This document shows, piece after piece, positions 10,761-21,533 of a stretch of DNA of 64,000 nucleotides (position 1 is the first letter of the stretch; every line of letters begins with the position of its first letter). This DNA is from Marinicella sp. (GTDB lineage Bacteria; Pseudomonadota; Gammaproteobacteria; Xanthomonadales; Marinicellaceae). The notes below the pieces were generated by a model that saw only the letters and a list, made by a program, of their open reading frames with translations, was not told the origin of the DNA and searched no databases. The DNA lies in contig OZ246001.1 in assembly GCA_965230295.1 (NCBI GenBank), forward strand, positions 704,001 through 768,000. The letters are read 5' to 3'. A program made the translations under genes and the position numbers.

Positions 10761-10935
10761 ACGCTGCTCTCTCAAAACAAAGCAATGATTGTACCAATTT
10801 TCCTCATAAAAGTCGCATGCAGGAAGTCATACCAGAATACAGTCGGGATTAATTTTTGAGAACCTGCAATCGGTGCAGTTTGATTCCTTTGGCTTGAACC
10901 ACAACAAACCAGGAAGAAATGAATTTATTCGGGCC

Positions 10936-10967
10936 AAAAAAAAGCCGAATCAACAGATTCGGCTTTT
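10936..10967 (-). terminator. Rho-independent terminator of the M16 peptidase gene
   Basis: AAAAGCCGAATC-loop-GATTCGGCTTTT followed by a long T run on the minus strand. Confidence 0.85.
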
Positions 10968-10983
10968 CAAAAACATGGCTGAT

Positions 10984-13728
10984 TTATTCAGCTGTCATTT
11001 TCTTCGCATCACCGGCTTTGATGATGGAGAAACTGTCAGGCTTGATGTATTTATTGAAAGCCATATTGACTTGTAAAATGGTTAAACCTTCAATGGCTGA
11101 TTCATATTTTTTGTTCCACTGTTGGGTGCGATCCAAATCAATGAAGCTGGCCATTTCTCTTGCCAATCTGTCATCTTTGGCACGATCAATGCGGTTGTTT
11201 TGCAACACACCTTTTCTGGCATCGTCTAACTCTTGTTGTGTAAAACCTTCATCAATCACTTTTTGTAATTCTTCATTGAAACCAATTTCAACTTTTTCAA
11301 GGTTTTCTGGAGCACAAATGGCATACGCACCAAAAGTGGCCAATTCATCATACGATGAAGCACTGAAGAATGAACCGGCGCCATAGCTCAGACCATCTTG
11401 TTGACGCAAGCGATTGGCCAAACGACTGCTGATGAAACCACCACCAAACATTTGGTTGGCCATCATCAAGGCTGGATAATCAGGATGTTCATCACTGATC
11501 GGCAATTTCATCATGGCACCAAAAGCAGCACCTGATTTATCAGGCGTATCAACAAACTTATTGATGCTGTCCACCACTGCGTAACTGGCAGGAACCCGTT
11601 GGTATTCAACTGAACTGCTCCAACCATTCAGAATGTCTTTGACTTTTTCGCTGACATTGTCTACATCAAAGTCACCAACAACACTGACATCGGCATTTTG
11701 CCCCCCATAAAATTTCTTATGGAAAGATTTGACTTGATCGGCTGTGGTGGCTCTGATGGCCTCAATCTCGTCATCGATATCCATTTGGTACCTTGGATGA
11801 CCTGGCTCATATGGATCGAGGTGTTGGCCTAACTGACGAAACACTTGCGTGGTCGGTTGTTGTTTTTGTTGTTCCAAGCCAACAATCAACTCTTGCTTCA
11901 ACACATCCAGTTCCTCATTATCAAATGCTGGTCGTTTAAGCACTTCATCCAACAGTTCAATCACAGCCGGTAAGTTTTCATGGGTGGTGCGAACACTGAC
12001 ATTGGCGCCTCGAGACGAGCCTGAAACACTGACATTGGCTTTCAATTCATCAAACTTGGCCTTCAATTCATTTCTGGAGTACTTTTCAGTTCCGCGATCT
12101 AACATGTTGCCAGCCAAACGTCCCACAATGGATTGGTTGTACAAAGCTTGTTCGTTGCCTAAATCCAATCTGACATTCATCACCACTGAATCGCCGCGGG
12201 TTTCTTTCTTCAAGTGCACCAACTTGGCTTCATTATCAAATGCCACCAACTCAGTACGTGAATCAATGTTGTCAAATGATGGATCAAAATCCTCACCTTG
12301 CGCGACCATTTCGCGACCTTCGTAACCTTCAACCATGGCTTTGACTTCGGCAATTGAGTACCTTTCTATTGAATCGGCACGATCGAAGTCACTTTCTGGA
12401 ATAAACAAACCCAAAGTCCGGTTGTCATTAACCAGGTATTCTTCTGCAGCTGTTTGTACCATTGCTGTGGTGACAGCTTCGGTGCGATCTCGATTTAAAA
12501 ACATCAGGCGCCAATCACCCATGCCAACCCATTCGCTCAATGCCAGTGCAATCCGTTCAGAAGAATTGAAAGACAATTCAAATTGCTTGATCAAATTGGC
12601 TTTGGCTTGTTTGACTTCTTCGTCGGTTATGGGACTGTCTGTTACATTTTCCAAAGTGGCCAACATGGCATCTTTGGCTGCATTCAAATCTTTGTCTTTG
12701 GCCACTTGCATCATGAAGTTGCTGACACCTGGTTCAGCCCACTGGAAGTTAAAGCCGAACGAATTGGCTGCCAATTCTTTTTTAACCACATTTTCATGTA
12801 AACGACCTGATGTTGGATGTGCCATGATTTGCGACAACACATTCAAAGCGGGGAAGTTTTCATCAGAGCCCGCCGGTGCTTTGTACATCACACCAACCAC
12901 TTGCACATCACCAGCTCGTCTGACGGTGACCATGCGTTCACCATCTTGAATGGGTTCTTCGGTATACAACTCACGCAATTTCCGAGTTGGTTTTTCGATT
13001 TTGCCAAAATGTTTCTTGATGAGTTTCAAGGTTTTGTCTACATCAATTTTTCCAGCCACGATCAATGTGGCGTTGTCTGGCTGATAGTACTTCCTGTAGA
13101 AAGCCTGTAAGTTAGAAATGTCGACATTTTCCAGGTCCGATCGTGCACCTATGGTGCTTTTACCATAATTATGCCAATCGATAGCCACTGAGCCCATTCT
13201 TTGTAGTAACACGCGGATGGGGTTGTTGTCGCCGTTTTCTAATTCGTTCCTGACCACCGTCATTTCTGAATCCAAATCTTCTTTGGCGATGAAAGAATTG
13301 ATCATCCGATCAGCTTCCAAATCCAATGCCCATTCAAGGTTGTCATCTGATGCAGCAAACGTTTCAAAATAGTTGGTCCGATCTGTCCATGTGGTGCCAT
13401 TGGGCTCAGCACCTCGATCAGTCAGTTCTTTGGCAATGTTAGGGTGGTTTGGCGTACCTTTAAACACCAGATGTTCTAACAAGTGCGCCATACCTGTTTC
13501 ACCATAGTTTTCATGCTTGGATCCCACATGATAGGTGATATTAACAGTTTGGGTTTCTTGTGACTGGTCTGGAAACAGCAAAACCTGTAGACCATTGTCT
13601 AATCGGTATTCAGTAATGCCTTCTACAGACGTTACTTGTTCAATCCCTTTGGGTAATTTAGCCATGGCAGAATTCATGACAAATACAGTCAGCAGCAACA
13701 GCCACTTTATAGCAGATTTAACTGGCAT
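10984..13728 (-). CDS. secreted M16 family (pitrilysin/PqqL-like) zinc protease
   Basis: Signal peptide; inverted Zn motif HLLEH; NGTTWTDRTNYF; R..GLSYG in C-terminal half; 914 aa. Confidence 0.93.
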   Translation of the reverse strand: MPVKSAIKWLLLLTVFVMNSAMAKLPKGIEQVTSVEGITEYRLDNGLQVLLFPDQSQETQTVNITYHVGSKHENYGETGMAHLLEHLVFKGTPNHPNIAKELTDRGAEPNGTTWTDRTNYFETFAASDDNLEWALDLEADRMINSFIAKEDLDSEMTVVRNELENGDNNPIRVLLQRMGSVAIDWHNYGKSTIGARSDLENVDISNLQAFYRKYYQPDNATLIVAGKIDVDKTLKLIKKHFGKIEKPTRKLRELYTEEPIQDGERMVTVRRAGDVQVVGVMYKAPAGSDENFPALNVLSQIMAHPTSGRLHENVVKKELAANSFGFNFQWAEPGVSNFMMQVAKDKDLNAAKDAMLATLENVTDSPITDEEVKQAKANLIKQFELSFNSSERIALALSEWVGMGDWRLMFLNRDRTEAVTTAMVQTAAEEYLVNDNRTLGLFIPESDFDRADSIERYSIAEVKAMVEGYEGREMVAQGEDFDPSFDNIDSRTELVAFDNEAKLVHLKKETRGDSVVMNVRLDLGNEQALYNQSIVGRLAGNMLDRGTEKYSRNELKAKFDELKANVSVSGSSRGANVSVRTTHENLPAVIELLDEVLKRPAFDNEELDVLKQELIVGLEQQKQQPTTQVFRQLGQHLDPYEPGHPRYQMDIDDEIEAIRATTADQVKSFHKKFYGGQNADVSVVGDFDVDNVSEKVKDILNGWSSSVEYQRVPASYAVVDSINKFVDTPDKSGAAFGAMMKLPISDEHPDYPALMMANQMFGGGFISSRLANRLRQQDGLSYGAGSFFSASSYDELATFGAYAICAPENLEKVEIGFNEELQKVIDEGFTQQELDDARKGVLQNNRIDRAKDDRLAREMASFIDLDRTQQWNKKYESAIEGLTILQVNMAFNKYIKPDSFSIIKAGDAKKMTAE

Positions 13729-13955
13729 AATATTCCTCTTAAATGATTAAGTGATTTATCAAAGACACAGGAAAATGAAATAAATTCAACCCCATGACCT
13801 AATTGTGCGTCATACTTTAGCCGAAGAAGTGAATAAAAACACCTTACTAAAGTCACAAATCCTACAAATTGTAGAACATTTAAGGTGTGATTGTAGTGAA
13901 CCACCAACTACCAGATGTGTTATTCTGATACTCTAATCAAACCAATGGTAAAGAC

Positions 13956-14426
13956 ATGAAATTTTCTATTTGTTTACTCATCAGTGTGCTGTGTTTCAGT
14001 ACTGCCCAAACGGAAGAAGCCGAAAACTCAAATCCACCCAATTACAATCAAGCCCTGGCTGAACAATTAGGTGCAGATGATTATGGGATGAAAATGTATG
14101 TCATGGCTTTCTTGAAAAAAGGACCCAATAGAGACCAATCACCTGAAGAAGCCTCAGAAATTCAAAAAGCTCACATGGCCAACATTGCAAAGATGGCACA
14201 AGCTGGCAAACTGGTGCTGGCAGGCCCGTTTGCAGAAAATGATTCAGGCATCCGGGGCATTTATATATTTGATGTGAAAACTGTGGCAGAAGCAGAACGG
14301 TTAACCGCTACTGACCCTGCCATACAGGCTGGTCGTTTGGTGATGGAATTGATCCCATGGTATGGGTCTGCTGCATTGGTGCAAGTCAATGAAATTGGCG
14401 CCACTTTGGCCAAGAAAAGTTTCTGA
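13956..14426 (+). CDS. exported YciI family protein
   Basis: Signal peptide; AHMANI, KLVLAGPF, TDPAIQAG. Confidence 0.85.
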   Translation: MKFSICLLISVLCFSTAQTEEAENSNPPNYNQALAEQLGADDYGMKMYVMAFLKKGPNRDQSPEEASEIQKAHMANIAKMAQAGKLVLAGPFAENDSGIRGIYIFDVKTVAEAERLTATDPAIQAGRLVMELIPWYGSAALVQVNEIGATLAKKSF

Positions 14427-14429
14427 AAT

Positions 14430-15758
14430 TTAATTGGGAAGGTACAACACTTCACCCACCATCAATCGGTTGGAAGACTTGTTGTTGATCGATTTAATGG
14501 CGGCTAAGCTGGTACCATGACGACTGGCGATGTCACTGAGGGTGTCGCCTGATTGGACAATGTGTTTTTTACCTTTGGCTTGGGCTGCAATCCAAGTGTT
14601 GGGTGGAGGACTCTGGTAAAAGTAATTCCGGATACCGTCAGCGATCTGGCGAGTCAGTTTCTCAACGTGCTTGGGATCTTTGAGTTTTTTCTCATCCCCG
14701 GGGTTACTGATGTATCCAGTTTCAACCAACAACGAAGGCACATCCGGTGATTTCAGTACCAGGAAATTGGCTTGTCCGAATCCATTGCCGTGTAATTTAA
14801 CCACGCTTTTCATCGAAGCATGTACCGACTTGGCGGCTTTATGACTTTCTTCTAATGCGGCATTCTGAGACAAGTCATATAAAACCTTAGACAACATATC
14901 TTGTTTGTCTTCAATCACCACACCGCCAATTTGGTCAGACTTGTTTTCTTTTTCTGCCAACCATTTGGCTGCTTCCGATGAAGCACCTCGCTGTGACAGG
15001 ATATAAACACTGGCTCCATTAACTTTGCGACTGTGAAAAGCATCGGCATGGATCGAAACAAATAAATCAGCATTGTTTTCACGGGCTTTTTCAAACCGTT
15101 TGCGGTGTTTGATGTAATAATCACCGGTGCGAATGATCAAGGCCTTCATACCTTTTTGGGCATTGATTTTTTTCGCCAGCTCTTTGGCAATTTTCAACAC
15201 CACATCTTTTTCATAAGTTCCCGCAGCACCAATGGCACCAGGATCTTCACCACCATGACCCGCATCAATGGCCACAATCACGTCACGGTTGGGCTTGGTG
15301 ACTTCATCTACAGTTTTGATCTGGGGTTTGACATCGCGACTCAAATCCACCACCAATCGATGACCATATTCACCAGCTGGATTGAGCAGAAAGCTTTTTG
15401 ACTTGAGTTGATCATGCAAGTCCAGCACGATACGCACCCTTTTCTTTTCGGAACTGAATCGGACCTTTTTGATGTCTTTGTTGTTTTTAATGGCCAGACT
15501 GGAAGTCAGCACGGAGTCATCCAAATCGATGACCACACGAGGCGGGTTTTGCAGCTCAAATAATTTGTAATCTGCATGACCACTTAAATCAAACACTGCC
15601 CGGGTGTGTTCAGGACCTGTCCACACACGCATGCCTTCTATGTTGGTGGCTTTCAGGTGGCCACAAAACAGCAAAGTGAATAGCAAAAAGCCTGATTTTC
15701 TCATAGTCATAAACATCGTATTTGTGCTGATTTTATTTAAACGCAGCCGCCTATTCAA
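14430..15758 (-). CDS. amiB: N-acetylmuramoyl-L-alanine amidase (AMIN + Amidase_3 + LysM)
   Basis: IDAGHGGEDPGA, SIHAD, LVETGYISN, C-terminal LysM HIVQSGDTLS; follows tsaE; true start probably a downstream ATG. Confidence 0.9.
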   Translation of the reverse strand: MNRRLRLNKISTNTMFMTMRKSGFLLFTLLFCGHLKATNIEGMRVWTGPEHTRAVFDLSGHADYKLFELQNPPRVVIDLDDSVLTSSLAIKNNKDIKKVRFSSEKKRVRIVLDLHDQLKSKSFLLNPAGEYGHRLVVDLSRDVKPQIKTVDEVTKPNRDVIVAIDAGHGGEDPGAIGAAGTYEKDVVLKIAKELAKKINAQKGMKALIIRTGDYYIKHRKRFEKARENNADLFVSIHADAFHSRKVNGASVYILSQRGASSEAAKWLAEKENKSDQIGGVVIEDKQDMLSKVLYDLSQNAALEESHKAAKSVHASMKSVVKLHGNGFGQANFLVLKSPDVPSLLVETGYISNPGDEKKLKDPKHVEKLTRQIADGIRNYFYQSPPPNTWIAAQAKGKKHIVQSGDTLSDIASRHGTSLAAIKSINNKSSNRLMVGEVLYLPN

Positions 15759-15790
15759 GTATTTTTACATAAAATCAACAAGATAGGGTG

Positions 15791-16213
15791 CTATTTTGAT
15801 GTTATTGTTAAGGTTCTATTAAGGTTTTGCAAAGAAAACAACAAATTCCAATTGGCCTCGGGCAGAATGCCTTGCCCTTTGGCAGGCCATTCAACCAGCA
15901 GGATGTTTTCATCATTGATCAAATCTTCAATGCCCATAAAAAACAACTCTTCCGGATCTGTGAGGCGATATAAATCCATATGCACATAATGACGTCCAGC
16001 GTGTTGATAAGTTTCATACAAAGTATATGTTGGACTTTTCACAGTATCAGTCACACCACAAGCCGCCAGAAAAAATTGACTGAAGGTGGTCTTACCGGCC
16101 CCCAAATCTCCTATCAGATGAATCACATCACCTGGTTTGACTTCGTGACTTAATGCAACAGCCACTTGTTGCAACTCTTCCAGCGTATTGACACTGTTCA
16201 GCTCTTGTATCAT
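15791..16213 (-). CDS. tsaE: tRNA t6A biosynthesis ATPase
   Basis: GDLGAGKTT, VKSPTY, HMDLYRL, VEWP. Confidence 0.96.
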   Translation of the reverse strand: MIQELNSVNTLEELQQVAVALSHEVKPGDVIHLIGDLGAGKTTFSQFFLAACGVTDTVKSPTYTLYETYQHAGRHYVHMDLYRLTDPEELFFMGIEDLINDENILLVEWPAKGQGILPEANWNLLFSLQNLNRTLTITSK

Positions 16214-17670
16214 GCCACCACCAGATGTAATTCTGCGAGTAAATCAGATGCGGTCAAGGTCATCCCATGTGGCGATTGTTCACCCGCTACGGCATGCCAG
16301 AGAACCGCCAGCCATGCTGCCTTCTCAGCTGAAAACCCTTGTACCATCAAACCTGCCACCAAACCTGCCAACACATCTCCTGATCCCGCTGTGGCCAAGT
16401 TGGCATTGCCATATGGACAACACCACGTTTCCACACCGTTACTGATTAAGGTGCCAGAGCCCTTCAACACCGCCACACAACCAAATTTATTGGCCAATGA
16501 TTTCACTGCAGCCCATCGATCATCTTGAATTTCTGCTGTCGATGATTGCAGCATGATAGCAGCTTCTTTGGGGTGTGGCGTGATCACAGCCAAATGCTCC
16601 GGCACGGCGGCGGCTCGTGCCAGCAAGGACAAGCCATCGGCATCCACCACCAAAGGTACCTGGGCCTTTATCGCCGCTTTGAACAACTGTTTAGACCATT
16701 GTGATTGGCCCAAACCCATGCCTAACAACATCACTTGACAGGGCTTGATACCAGGCAGTTCACTCAACCCATCCCAACAGACCGTACCGTCAAAGGCATG
16801 GGTCATCAATTCAGGTGCATGTAAAGGCAACAAATCCGCATGCTTGGGATCGGTCACAATGGTGGTAGAACCAGCACCAGCTTTCAACACAGCCTTTCCA
16901 GCCAACAACACAGCTCCCAGCATACCGGCTTGACCACCAATGGTTAACACATGACCAAACAGGCCTTTGTGGCTGTTGTTCCTGCGCATGTTTGGGATCT
17001 GCATTAAGGCATCGTCAGACAGCAACTGTGCAGTCGCTGGCACAGACGATAAATGTTCAGGTTCAACACCTAAATCTTCGAATGCAATGTCTCCGCAACA
17101 GTCCTTGCCATCCATAGTAAACAAACCAGTGTTTCGTGCCAATATTGCAATGGTTTGAGTGGCTTTGACAGCCGCACCTTCAATTTTCCCAGTGGTACCA
17201 TTCAGACCACTGGGAATGTCTATGGCACACACGGGAACATCTTGCTGGTTGATCCAATCAATCGCTTCGACATAATGCCCCCTGACTGACTGACTTAAGC
17301 CAGTGCCAAAAATGGCATCAACCACACCATCAAATCCTTCGGTGGTAATGGTGTTGAAATCAGGTTTAACCACCACTTCACCTTTGAACTGATCGGCAGC
17401 CAAACGCGCATCTCCAGACAGTTCATCCACAGGCCTCAAAGCCAATACTTTGACCCGCTGACCATTTTGTCTGGCCAGTTCAGCCACCACAAAACCATCA
17501 CCGCCGTTGTTGCCAGGCCCTGTAATGATCAACAGGTTTTTGATCTTTTGCAGGTGTTTAAATATGGCAGCGCCAGCCTGTTGCATCAAGGCAAAAGAAT
17601 CAACCCCCAATGCCGTTGCGGCCAATTGGTCAATTTCCTGGGTTTTGTCATTGCTGTATAGTTGTGCCAT
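16210..17670 (-). CDS. nnr: bifunctional NAD(P)HX epimerase/dehydratase
   Basis: GPGNNGGDG, DAIFGTG, DIPSG, SHKG.FG, TPHPKEA, ATAGSGDVLAG. Confidence 0.95.
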   Translation of the reverse strand: MAQLYSNDKTQEIDQLAATALGVDSFALMQQAGAAIFKHLQKIKNLLIITGPGNNGGDGFVVAELARQNGQRVKVLALRPVDELSGDARLAADQFKGEVVVKPDFNTITTEGFDGVVDAIFGTGLSQSVRGHYVEAIDWINQQDVPVCAIDIPSGLNGTTGKIEGAAVKATQTIAILARNTGLFTMDGKDCCGDIAFEDLGVEPEHLSSVPATAQLLSDDALMQIPNMRRNNSHKGLFGHVLTIGGQAGMLGAVLLAGKAVLKAGAGSTTIVTDPKHADLLPLHAPELMTHAFDGTVCWDGLSELPGIKPCQVMLLGMGLGQSQWSKQLFKAAIKAQVPLVVDADGLSLLARAAAVPEHLAVITPHPKEAAIMLQSSTAEIQDDRWAAVKSLANKFGCVAVLKGSGTLISNGVETWCCPYGNANLATAGSGDVLAGLVAGLMVQGFSAEKAAWLAVLWHAVAGEQSPHGMTLTASDLLAELHLVVA

Positions 17671-17726
17671 CTAATTGCTGTCCCATAGTGGTTTATAATT
17701 GGCTGCTTGTTACCCATATTTTAGCA

Positions 17727-18791
17727 GTGAACGACAACGAACAAAACATCGATTATCAGCACCTGAAATCTCAGATTGAACAATGGTCTGCGGAATTAGG
17801 CTTTCAACAAATGGGTATCAGTGATATCGATCTGAGCGAGGCCGGCGATTACTTGAACCGGTGGCTGGCCAAACAATACCACGCCGACATGTCATACATG
17901 CACAGGCATGGGGCCAAAAGATACCAACCTGCCGAGTTGGTTCCCAACACGATCAGCGTGATTTCAGTGCGACTAGATTACATGCCAACCGACTTAACAC
18001 CCTATGAAACTTTAACCGCACAACCTGAAAAAGCCGCCATATCCAGGTATGCCTTGGGGCGTGATTACCACAAGGTTTTGCGCGCCAAGCTGAAACGGTT
18101 GACCCAGAAAATCGAAACTGTCATAGGTCCATTTGGGCATCGGGTGTTCACGGACTCGGCGCCAGTCATGGAAAAAGCCATCGCTGAAAAAGCCGGACTG
18201 GGTTGGATCGGTAAACACAGCAACTTGATCAACAGCAAAGCCGGCTCTTATTTTTTTCTGGGCGAAATCTATACGGACCTGCCTTTACCCGAGGACCAAG
18301 CAGGTGGCTTCCATTGTGGCAGTTGTACCCAATGCATCCAGGACTGTCCCACCGATGCCATTGTGGCCCCATTCCAGGTGGATGCTCGCCGTTGCATTTC
18401 TTACCTGACCATCGAGAACAAAGGCCCCATTCCTACCGAGTTTCGAAAACCCATAGGCAACCGCATTTACGGTTGTGATGACTGTCAGGTGGTGTGCCCC
18501 TGGAATAAATTCACCGTGCCCACCCAAGAAGCAGATTTCGCGCCCAGACACCACATGGATGACATTGAGTTACTTGAGTTGTTTAAATGGACAGAACAAG
18601 AGTTTTTAGATAAAACTGAAGGATCACCCATCAGACGAATTGGCTATGAAGCCTGGCAACGCAATTTAGCCGTCGGACTGGGCAATGCGCAAGCCACTGA
18701 TGACATCATCAACGCATTACAAGCTAAATTAGCCACCAGCACTGAGCTGGTCAAAGAACACATTGAGTGGGCTTTGGAACAATTGGAATGA
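17727..18791 (+). CDS. queG: epoxyqueuosine reductase
   Basis: SRYALGRDYH, DSAPVMEK, CGSCTQCIQDCP, CDDCQVVCPWN; in-frame GTG 17727 chosen to avoid overlap with nnr. Confidence 0.95.
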   Translation: MNDNEQNIDYQHLKSQIEQWSAELGFQQMGISDIDLSEAGDYLNRWLAKQYHADMSYMHRHGAKRYQPAELVPNTISVISVRLDYMPTDLTPYETLTAQPEKAAISRYALGRDYHKVLRAKLKRLTQKIETVIGPFGHRVFTDSAPVMEKAIAEKAGLGWIGKHSNLINSKAGSYFFLGEIYTDLPLPEDQAGGFHCGSCTQCIQDCPTDAIVAPFQVDARRCISYLTIENKGPIPTEFRKPIGNRIYGCDDCQVVCPWNKFTVPTQEADFAPRHHMDDIELLELFKWTEQEFLDKTEGSPIRRIGYEAWQRNLAVGLGNAQATDDIINALQAKLATSTELVKEHIEWALEQLE

Positions 18792-18850
18792 TGTATTTCT
18801 ATCAAGATTCCCATTGAACAAGCATACGACTTTGTTGGATGGCTATTCAA

Positions 18851-19067
18851 AAAGACACTGGATGCCAGCCTGCGCCGGCACGACGACAGTCAATGAGTAC
18901 AACCACACTTTTATCTAGATTCATGTTCCATATTGTATTTATACAAGGAATTAATGTGCTCTCTGAATTATGCTAAGAATTTATTCCATCTGACAGGAAA
19001 ACAATGAATCGTCATCCCGGACTTCCTTAAGGGACCTACTTTTGGTGATCCGGGATCCAGTGTCTTT
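18851..19067. repeat. pair of inverted CGTC-type REP-like palindromes (18851-18885 and 19010-19067)
   Basis: Reverse complement of copy 1 is CGTCGTGCCGGCGCAGGCTGGCATCCAGTGTCTTT; copy 2 is CGTCATCCCGG...CCGGGATCCAGTGTCTTT; located between convergent genes. Confidence 0.75.
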
Positions 19068-19175
19068 GGATGTTTCAGAGTTGCTTATGCACCATCAACT
19101 GGTCACAATTTATGTATTGAATCAATGGAACTGACTCCTTTTATTCAATAACAAGCCCATCTTAGCGATGAGGTG

Positions 19176-19733
19176 TCATTGAACCATCTCTACCAACCCT
19201 GCAGCATCAATCGGGCCCATGTGTTTTTTGTGGCGCATGCCTTCGGGGTTATAGACGATGGTGGTGGGTAAGCCCAAACCGCCCTCTTGAGCAAATTCAG
19301 GTGGGTTGTACACATCAATGGTCAACAAGGGGTAGTTGATGTTGAAATCAGCGGCAAAATTTTGCAGCTTCTCAACTGTGGCATCTTCGTAAGCGATACC
19401 AACCACTTGAACGTTTTCGTTCTCGGCCTGAAATTTGACCAACTCAGGCATTTCATCGCGACAAGGCGCACACCAAGTGGCCCAATAATTCAATACCAGC
19501 CATTTTCCACGATAATCAGCTGCCTGCACAGGTTCTCCTGCCAAGTTGGTTAAACTGAATTCCAAAGGAGCTCCAATGCCATCAGCTGTGACAGCAGATG
19601 CTTGTTCAGCCACAACCTCTTCTTTGGCTGGCATTGACTCTGCTGAAGGTTGTTGGTTGTTGTTTTCACAAGCGGTTAAAAACAGGCTTGCCATTAATGA
19701 GGTTGTTAAGGTTAATTTAAGGTTGTTTTTCAT
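19176..19733 (-). CDS. TlpA-family thiol:disulfide oxidoreductase lipoprotein
   Basis: Lipobox LTAC; NYWATWCAPCRDEMP; GLPTT. Confidence 0.9.
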   Translation of the reverse strand: MKNNLKLTLTTSLMASLFLTACENNNQQPSAESMPAKEEVVAEQASAVTADGIGAPLEFSLTNLAGEPVQAADYRGKWLVLNYWATWCAPCRDEMPELVKFQAENENVQVVGIAYEDATVEKLQNFAADFNINYPLLTIDVYNPPEFAQEGGLGLPTTIVYNPEGMRHKKHMGPIDAAGLVEMVQ

Positions 19734-20961
19734 GGTTAATTGGGTTGTTTATGATGTTTTCTATAGATTGGTTGAGCATTCCTGTAACTGGCTGCCAGTA
19801 ATTATCTAATAAGCCTTGGTAACGGGCAAAGTATTTTGTGGCCGTGACCGGTATTTTAAATCCACCATTGGTGTACAGCTGTTTAAAAGTCAAAGCACTT
19901 AAATCATGCCTGACCAAATAATCCCCTGATTGGCTGATGGCGATGTATTGCTTATCCCGCAACCAGTCTAATTGCATATTGAGCTCATCATCAGGAATGA
20001 AATACAGTTGACCGCATAAATCACTATAACTGACAGTTTTTCCTTGTTGACTGGCCTGCCACAACTTATTGAGGATATCGATCACCAGTAAAAGCCTTTG
20101 GTTGGTCTGGTAATTCTGAACATGTAAACGCCATCGAGATGTTTCTAAGGTGGCAGTGATGGTACCTCCCAACAAGATGATGTTCCATGACAAAAACATC
20201 CATATTAAGAACAACGGTATGGTGGCCAAGGTGCCATAAACTTTTTGATAACTGGGTATGGAGGTGACATACAAAGCAAAGCCCTTTTTAGCCAGCTCGA
20301 AACACACGGCTGAAAACAGTGCACCTACGATGGCATTTTTCCATTTGACCTTGCGGTTGGGCACCACCAAGTAAATCAAGAAAAAGGCAATGGTGGATGA
20401 CAACACCGGTAAAGCTTTGACCAAAAACCCTTTCATGCTGGCGAACGCCGAATATTTGAACACCAAAGATGACAAGGCGATACCGCCACCAACCAGCAGA
20501 GGACCCATGGTCAACACCGCCCAATACATCATTAATTTTTGTTTAAAACGACCCGTAGATTTACTGTCAAAAATCCTGTTCAGGGCTTTTTCCATGGTGT
20601 GCATCATCAGTATCGAGGTCACAAACACAGCCAGAAACATGGTCACGGTCAGCCCCCTGGCTTTTTCCACAAAACCAATGATATAACCTTGGATCACTTC
20701 ACCTGTGGTAGGCACAAAATTTTTAAAGATAAAGTCTTGCAGTTGTTGTGAGGCTTCTTCGAACAATGGCATGGCCGAAAACACAGTGATCAAGACCGAC
20801 ATGAAAGGAACCAAGGACAACAAAGCGGTATAAGCCAGGGAACTGGCAGCCAGAGAAGTTTCATCATCGCGGTACCGGCGAACCACTTCAATGGTGAAAT
20901 TCTTCAAATTGGTAGCAAATCGCGTCACTTTATTCATGCGGCTATTGTCTTTTAAATACAT
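19717..20961 (-). CDS. YihY/BrkB family inner membrane protein with C-terminal extension
   Basis: AASSLAYTALLSLVP, VPNRKV, YQKVYGTLATIP..LIW; soluble C-terminal tail. Confidence 0.9.
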   Translation of the reverse strand: MYLKDNSRMNKVTRFATNLKNFTIEVVRRYRDDETSLAASSLAYTALLSLVPFMSVLITVFSAMPLFEEASQQLQDFIFKNFVPTTGEVIQGYIIGFVEKARGLTVTMFLAVFVTSILMMHTMEKALNRIFDSKSTGRFKQKLMMYWAVLTMGPLLVGGGIALSSLVFKYSAFASMKGFLVKALPVLSSTIAFFLIYLVVPNRKVKWKNAIVGALFSAVCFELAKKGFALYVTSIPSYQKVYGTLATIPLFLIWMFLSWNIILLGGTITATLETSRWRLHVQNYQTNQRLLLVIDILNKLWQASQQGKTVSYSDLCGQLYFIPDDELNMQLDWLRDKQYIAISQSGDYLVRHDLSALTFKQLYTNGGFKIPVTATKYFARYQGLLDNYWQPVTGMLNQSIENIINNPINHEKQP

Positions 20962-21161
20962 GGATTATACAAGTGACACCATTTCATTGATGCAATTGTC
21001 AATAGATGGGGCACAACCATGGCGTCAATTGTTTTCATATAACTTCTGTGCTATATTGAATATGCGTGTTTGCTGGGGGGCATGAGAACGCATGAACAAA
21101 ATCTATTATGTGTTCCACATAGCCTTTCAGTTTAAACTGTGTGTAAAAAACTGGTATAGCT

Positions 21162-21533
21162 ATGAAAACTAAAAACTCAACCCTACCTTTGCTTACTGCC
21201 TTTTTGTTCCTTGGAGCTTGTGGCAATGACTACCCCAAACTCACTCATTTCAAGGCCTTTGATGAAAGGTTCACCACCGTATTAGATACCAAAGATCCAG
21301 ATCAATTGAAACTGATATCAGAAATGTTTTTTGACCGGCAAGAAGCCAATGACGTGCAAGCAGATTTAAGCTTTGACTATTTATTTGATTTGACCACAGC
21401 AGCTGGATCTGAACGTTGGCGTTGTACCAAAACAGGCTATTGCCAACAACGAACCCAAGGCGCAGAACCACTCAGAGAAATATACTACGTGGAACGTTAC
21501 AAAGAATTGTATGAAATTTCTAAACTGGATTGA
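21162..21533 (+). CDS. hypothetical lipoprotein
   Basis: Signal peptide with lipobox LGAC; 123 aa. Confidence 0.7.
   Translation: MKTKNSTLPLLTAFLFLGACGNDYPKLTHFKAFDERFTTVLDTKDPDQLKLISEMFFDRQEANDVQADLSFDYLFDLTTAAGSERWRCTKTGYCQQRTQGAEPLREIYYVERYKELYEISKLD

Noticed and set aside
10919-13110. Long antisense ORFs opposite the M16 peptidase (and similar ones opposite other genes)
   Set aside because: Shadow frames of well-supported genes with no independent protein motifs
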